Positions 37,741 through 41,474 of a stretch of DNA of 41,474 nt are shown here, one piece after another; within the stretch, counting starts at the first letter, position 1; each line of letters starts with the position of its first letter. A program made the position numbers and the translations under genes. The stretch is taken from positions 1 through 41,474 of the forward strand of contig CAMZLN010000114.1 in assembly GCA_947311465.1 (NCBI GenBank), given 5' to 3'. Under the pieces are notes generated by a model, which was not told the origin of the DNA, ran no database searches, and saw nothing but the letters and a program-made list of their open reading frames with translations. Origin of the DNA: an uncultured Saprospiraceae bacterium. Its GTDB lineage: Bacteria > Bacteroidota > Bacteroidia > Chitinophagales > Saprospiraceae.

Positions 37741-38154
37741 ATGTCAAAATCCAAAAAAGACAGGTTAAATTTTATAAATACTCCAACTTATTTTGGTGGT
37801 GCTTCTGCAATGAAAGCTTTTTTGTCTAAAAACCTTCGCTATCCGAAAGAAGCCCTTGAAAATAAAATTGAAGGTACTGTTTCTTTAAAATATGATATTG
37901 ATTACAAGGGAAAGGTTGTTAATACTTATATTTTAGCAGGAATTGGATATGGTTGCGATCAAGAGGCGAGCCGTATTGTAAAGTTGCTTAAATTTGATGT
38001 CAAAAGAGCCAAGAAAATAAAGGTCGTATATCATAAGAGTATCAAAATTCATTTTAAACTTCCAAAAGAAAAACAAATTTCTATCAATTATAACTATACT
38101 TCGTCTGCTCAGGATGATAAATCTTCAGGTTATGGTTATTCTATTAAGTTCTAG
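37741..38154 (+). CDS. TonB C-terminal-domain protein without an obvious signal peptide or TM segment
   Basis: 137 aa. YPKEALENKIEGTVSLKYDIDYKGKV and GCDQEASRIVKLLKF match the TonB_C fold signature. Confidence 0.7.
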   Translation: MSKSKKDRLNFINTPTYFGGASAMKAFLSKNLRYPKEALENKIEGTVSLKYDIDYKGKVVNTYILAGIGYGCDQEASRIVKLLKFDVKRAKKIKVVYHKSIKIHFKLPKEKQISINYNYTSSAQDDKSSGYGYSIKF

Positions 38155-38187
38155 TAAAAAAAATGGTTCTGACCATTGCCAGAACCA
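38155..38187 (-). terminator. Hairpin plus U-run, probable terminator for the DUF3179 gene (convergent gene pair)
   Basis: 8-bp stem tggttctg / cagaacca (38164-38171, 38180-38187). On the minus strand it is followed by U8 (38156-38163). Confidence 0.5.
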
Positions 38188-38303
38188 ATTGGCTACTTTT
38201 AAAGCCTTTTTTATACTAATCCAATTTTGTATAAGAATGGAATATCTTCCATTTATAAGTATATAACGGATGAGGTGTTTTTTGTGCTGCTTAGGAACTA
38301 TTT

Positions 38304-39077
38304 CTATTTACAATTCACTTCAGGGTATGTTTTCCATTTTGTTGGTTTGATCATTGTTTGACCAGATTTTAATACTAGAACATTTTTCATCTTTTTAACA
38401 TTCTTCCAAGTTGTTTCTCTCCAACCTATTGCCTTTTCCAGTTCTACATTTTGCATTTTTCCAGAAACGGCTTTATCTATCAATGGCCACCATAAACTTT
38501 CAGTTTCTCGATCCCATAAAATGAATCCGTCACTTCCATTCCATACATTATCTTCATAGTAAGTATATCCAGAAAGTGCAAAAGTAAACTTTTTATTACA
38601 ATAGATACGAGTGTAAACAGCCCCTAAATTTGCTAATACACAATAGGCAATCATTATTGGATTTCCGTCAATTGTTTCATTAATAACTTCGTGGGTTATT
38701 AACAATTTTATAGGGTAAACCATTGTATTTTCCTTACCCACTACTATTATCATTCGAGAATCATCTTTGTAATCATCTTTCACATCAACAATCGGCGAAT
38801 ACTGTGGATCAATAAGTGCAGGAAAAGATTCTCTACCTAAACCATATTTTAGGTGACACGGTTTTAGATCCCATCCAGTAACAATAAAATCATCATCGGG
38901 ATTCGTACTTCCTCGCAATTTTAACACTCCACCTTTTTCACCAATAAATCCTTTTAATTTTGCTTGTTCTAAACATTCAACTACGGTCAACTTATCTGTT
39001 GGAGTATTGACATAAATTTCCTTTTTATTACAACCAAAAAATATTGTAAACAAAAATAACCATTCTAAATATTTCAT
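38304..39077 (-). CDS. DUF3179-family lipoprotein
   Basis: 257 aa. Lipobox FFGC. The YP...HEVINETIDGNPIMIAYC...SGYTYY...LWDRETESLWWP pattern matches DUF3179 as I remember it. The usual CPLC is replaced by CVLAN. Confidence 0.65.
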   Translation of the reverse strand: MKYLEWLFLFTIFFGCNKKEIYVNTPTDKLTVVECLEQAKLKGFIGEKGGVLKLRGSTNPDDDFIVTGWDLKPCHLKYGLGRESFPALIDPQYSPIVDVKDDYKDDSRMIIVVGKENTMVYPIKLLITHEVINETIDGNPIMIAYCVLANLGAVYTRIYCNKKFTFALSGYTYYEDNVWNGSDGFILWDRETESLWWPLIDKAVSGKMQNVELEKAIGWRETTWKNVKKMKNVLVLKSGQTMIKPTKWKTYPEVNCK

Positions 39078-39182
39078 AATCTTATGATTTTAGTAATCTA
39101 ACTAACTAAATACTGATACGTTCGATAAAAATCTAACAGCTTATTCGTCACTATTCCATAAGCACAAAATATAAACATCTCT

Positions 39183-41447
39183 TCATCTTATCAGAGAAAG
39201 AAAAATTTTTAGTTGAATTGCCTTGCCTCGGGGCTCTAAATAAGTAACCACGCAAGTATAAATACCTTGTGGACAGATTTTGTCAGTATTATATTTTGTG
39301 CCAATCCACTTTTCATTCGGGTCTTCAGACTCAAATACTTTTTCCCCCCATCTATTCCATATCGTCATGTCATATTCACGAATAGCTTCAAAAAAACTAC
39401 CCTTTGCTTGATATGAATCATTTTCACCATCATTATTTGGAGAAAAGGCATTTGGTAAAAAATATTTCACTGTTGGCACGATATCCAAAATTTTATAAAG
39501 GGTATCTGCACAGCCGTTTTCGTTAGTTACAATCTGTGTAATCTGATATAATCCTGTATCAGGAAAAGTAAAAATAGGATTTTGTAAATCACTTAGAGTT
39601 GAACCTCCAAAATTCCAATCCCAAAAATCAGCATCTAAAGATTTATCCATAAAATGAGCGGAAATATTAAAATTTGATAATGATTCAGGAGACCATATAA
39701 AATCAGCCGTAGGAGAAAGTTTAATCCTTACCCAATTGGGAAATACTTCAGAAATATAACATCCTGAAGGAGAAGTAATTTCAACATTGATAGTATAAAT
39801 ATCAGGATTCAAAAATGTGTGACTTGGATTTAGTTCATTGCTAAACTCTCCATCTCCAAAATCCCATACAATTTCATACTTATCATTTACTAATTCCGAC
39901 AACAGTTGAAAATTAATTTTTTTTCTAGAACAACCATCAAAAGAATTTGGATAAATATCTAGAGTTTCGGGAACAGGAGCCCATAAAATTTTTTTAGAGA
40001 TTGTATCATCACATCCGTTCATATCAGATACCACTAATGAGATAATTTTATTCCCAGGCTCTAAAAATCTGTAAACAATATTTTTAGATGTTGTATCAAA
40101 TTCATTATTAATATTCCAAGACCAATCATCAATTATTCCGATTCCTGTAGACTTATCAACAAAAGTTACGACCGTATCTTTGCATGGATCTGTATCATAT
40201 TCAAAATCTGCAATAACTTCTGGGTAAATGTGTACAATTATACTTGCCGAATCGTCACAAACAGTATTAGGATTTAGAAGTAAAGTTCCAATATAGGTAC
40301 CCGTATCAGGAAAAGTAATTGTAGGATTCCATTCAGAATACAAATGATTCTTCCCTTCAAAATTAAAAGACCAAATAGTTGATTTTATAAAATCTTGTTT
40401 ATGACTTTGATTTTCAATTAAAATGGTTTGTTCCCCACATGAATTTATTCCATAAGTTTTAAAACCTAAATTTTCATCCTCCAAAATATCCGCATACACT
40501 AATGATGTACATTCAGTAACATTAAATTGAAACTCTCTTCTAGTTGTTGTTAAAAACACACCATTTTTATTGTAGGCAGTGGCACAAACCGTTACAACAA
40601 ACTGCCCGTTTACCGTAGGAAATCCAAAGAATTCACCAGTAAGAGAATCAATTACAAAAGGAGGATCTGCAAATATCGGATATTCCGAAGAATATGGTTT
40701 TGTATAAATAGCATCACGATATGGTGGTGGAGCATCTGGATTAGGAGCAACACCATTAAGCTCAAACGGTCCAATAAAATTATTACTCTTATTTCCAGTT
40801 TTAATTCCTGCCCCATCAAATGCTGAACAAATCTCATATCTAACTTTAATACCTTCATCAACAAATGTTGAATAATCAAAAGAAAATTGCTCATTAACAC
40901 AAATTACAATAGGTGGAATATGTTTAAAAGTTGGACTATTTATATGCTCTCTTTGGGCTTGCGCTGATATTTCCACGGTAAAAGTAGTTCCCACAGAAAC
41001 TGGGCTTACAATATTAGTGATCGTAATATTTCGACAACATCGCTGATAAGTGATGTGATAACTTTCTGTAGATTGAGGCAATTTCACTGTAAATTCGTAT
41101 CGCCCTCTTTCAACACAACTTTTATTAGGAATTTCAAAACATTCATTTTCATCCAATTCTAACTCAATAATATCTGGTTTATCTAAGTCAACAACCGTAA
41201 AGAGTTCTTTTCCTTTAAAAATGGTTACTGTACCAACAAATTTAGCTTTTTTCGCAGAATCAAATGGCGCATTAGCTAATAATACGCAATCTCGAAAAAC
41301 ATCCATTGTTATCTTATAGGTATCCCCTTTAACCCATTGAAAAGTAATTTCACCTCCAATAATATGCCCAGCCATAATAAGACTAAGGTGAAAGAAAGAT
41401 AGAAAGAAAAAGAAAACATATTTTCTCATTTCACTATTTAAATCCAA
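39183..41447 (-). CDS. PKD-repeat cell-surface protein with a type-B T9SS (gliding-motility-associated, CHU_C-like) C-terminal sorting domain
   Basis: 754 aa with an N-terminal hydrophobic signal (alternative start 41429). Three PKD-like units (WDFGDGEFSNELNPSHTF, WDWNFGGSTLSDLQNPIFTF, and others). The C-terminus YFLPNAFSPNNDGENDSY...IWNRWGEKVFE is typical of type-B sorting domains. Confidence 0.85.
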   Translation of the reverse strand: MDLNSEMRKYVFFFFLSFFHLSLIMAGHIIGGEITFQWVKGDTYKITMDVFRDCVLLANAPFDSAKKAKFVGTVTIFKGKELFTVVDLDKPDIIELELDENECFEIPNKSCVERGRYEFTVKLPQSTESYHITYQRCCRNITITNIVSPVSVGTTFTVEISAQAQREHINSPTFKHIPPIVICVNEQFSFDYSTFVDEGIKVRYEICSAFDGAGIKTGNKSNNFIGPFELNGVAPNPDAPPPYRDAIYTKPYSSEYPIFADPPFVIDSLTGEFFGFPTVNGQFVVTVCATAYNKNGVFLTTTRREFQFNVTECTSLVYADILEDENLGFKTYGINSCGEQTILIENQSHKQDFIKSTIWSFNFEGKNHLYSEWNPTITFPDTGTYIGTLLLNPNTVCDDSASIIVHIYPEVIADFEYDTDPCKDTVVTFVDKSTGIGIIDDWSWNINNEFDTTSKNIVYRFLEPGNKIISLVVSDMNGCDDTISKKILWAPVPETLDIYPNSFDGCSRKKINFQLLSELVNDKYEIVWDFGDGEFSNELNPSHTFLNPDIYTINVEITSPSGCYISEVFPNWVRIKLSPTADFIWSPESLSNFNISAHFMDKSLDADFWDWNFGGSTLSDLQNPIFTFPDTGLYQITQIVTNENGCADTLYKILDIVPTVKYFLPNAFSPNNDGENDSYQAKGSFFEAIREYDMTIWNRWGEKVFESEDPNEKWIGTKYNTDKICPQGIYTCVVTYLEPRGKAIQLKIFLSLIR

Positions 41448-41474
41448 ACAAATTGGTATTACGTAATTAATTAA

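Overview
AT-rich chromosomal segment, by gene content and signal types from a Bacteroidota organism (Flavobacteriia-like: T9SS sorting domains, TAnnTTTG-type promoter box). The centre (about 22.4-37.6 kb, all on the minus strand) is the universal translation/transcription block in the same order as E. coli: tRNA-Thr(UGU), tRNA-Tyr, tRNA-Gly, tRNA-Thr(GGU), tuf, tRNA-Trp, secE, nusG, rplK, rplA, rplJ, rplL, rpoB, rpoC. It is preceded by hpf and a Xer-type tyrosine recombinase. The flanks are accessory. (1) A giant cell-surface repeat protein fills 1-7533 on the minus strand. It is absent from the supplied ORF track because its stop codon lies beyond the left edge. (2) An LTD/Calx-beta protein carries a type-A T9SS sorting domain. 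(3) A four-gene polyamine-type operon encodes AdoMet decarboxylase, a very acidic DUF4178-like protein, a lipoprotein with an Arg/Ser/Gly/Tyr tail, and a membrane-fused spermidine-synthase-like enzyme. (4) A BlaI/BlaR1(M56)-TonB sensor pair has its sensor split by a frameshift at an A7 tract. (5) Also present are a TauE/SafE permease, a UvrD-type helicase fused to a Cas4/AddB-like nuclease, two envelope-anchored proteins downstream of rpoC, a TonB_C-only protein, a DUF3179 lipoprotein and a PKD-repeat protein with a type-B T9SS sorting domain. No CRISPR array, transposase or rRNA was seen. The most promising poorly understood system is the polyamine-type operon. The most overlooked object is the untracked 7.5-kb repeat gene. 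All family assignments come from motif recognition by eye, with no database search.
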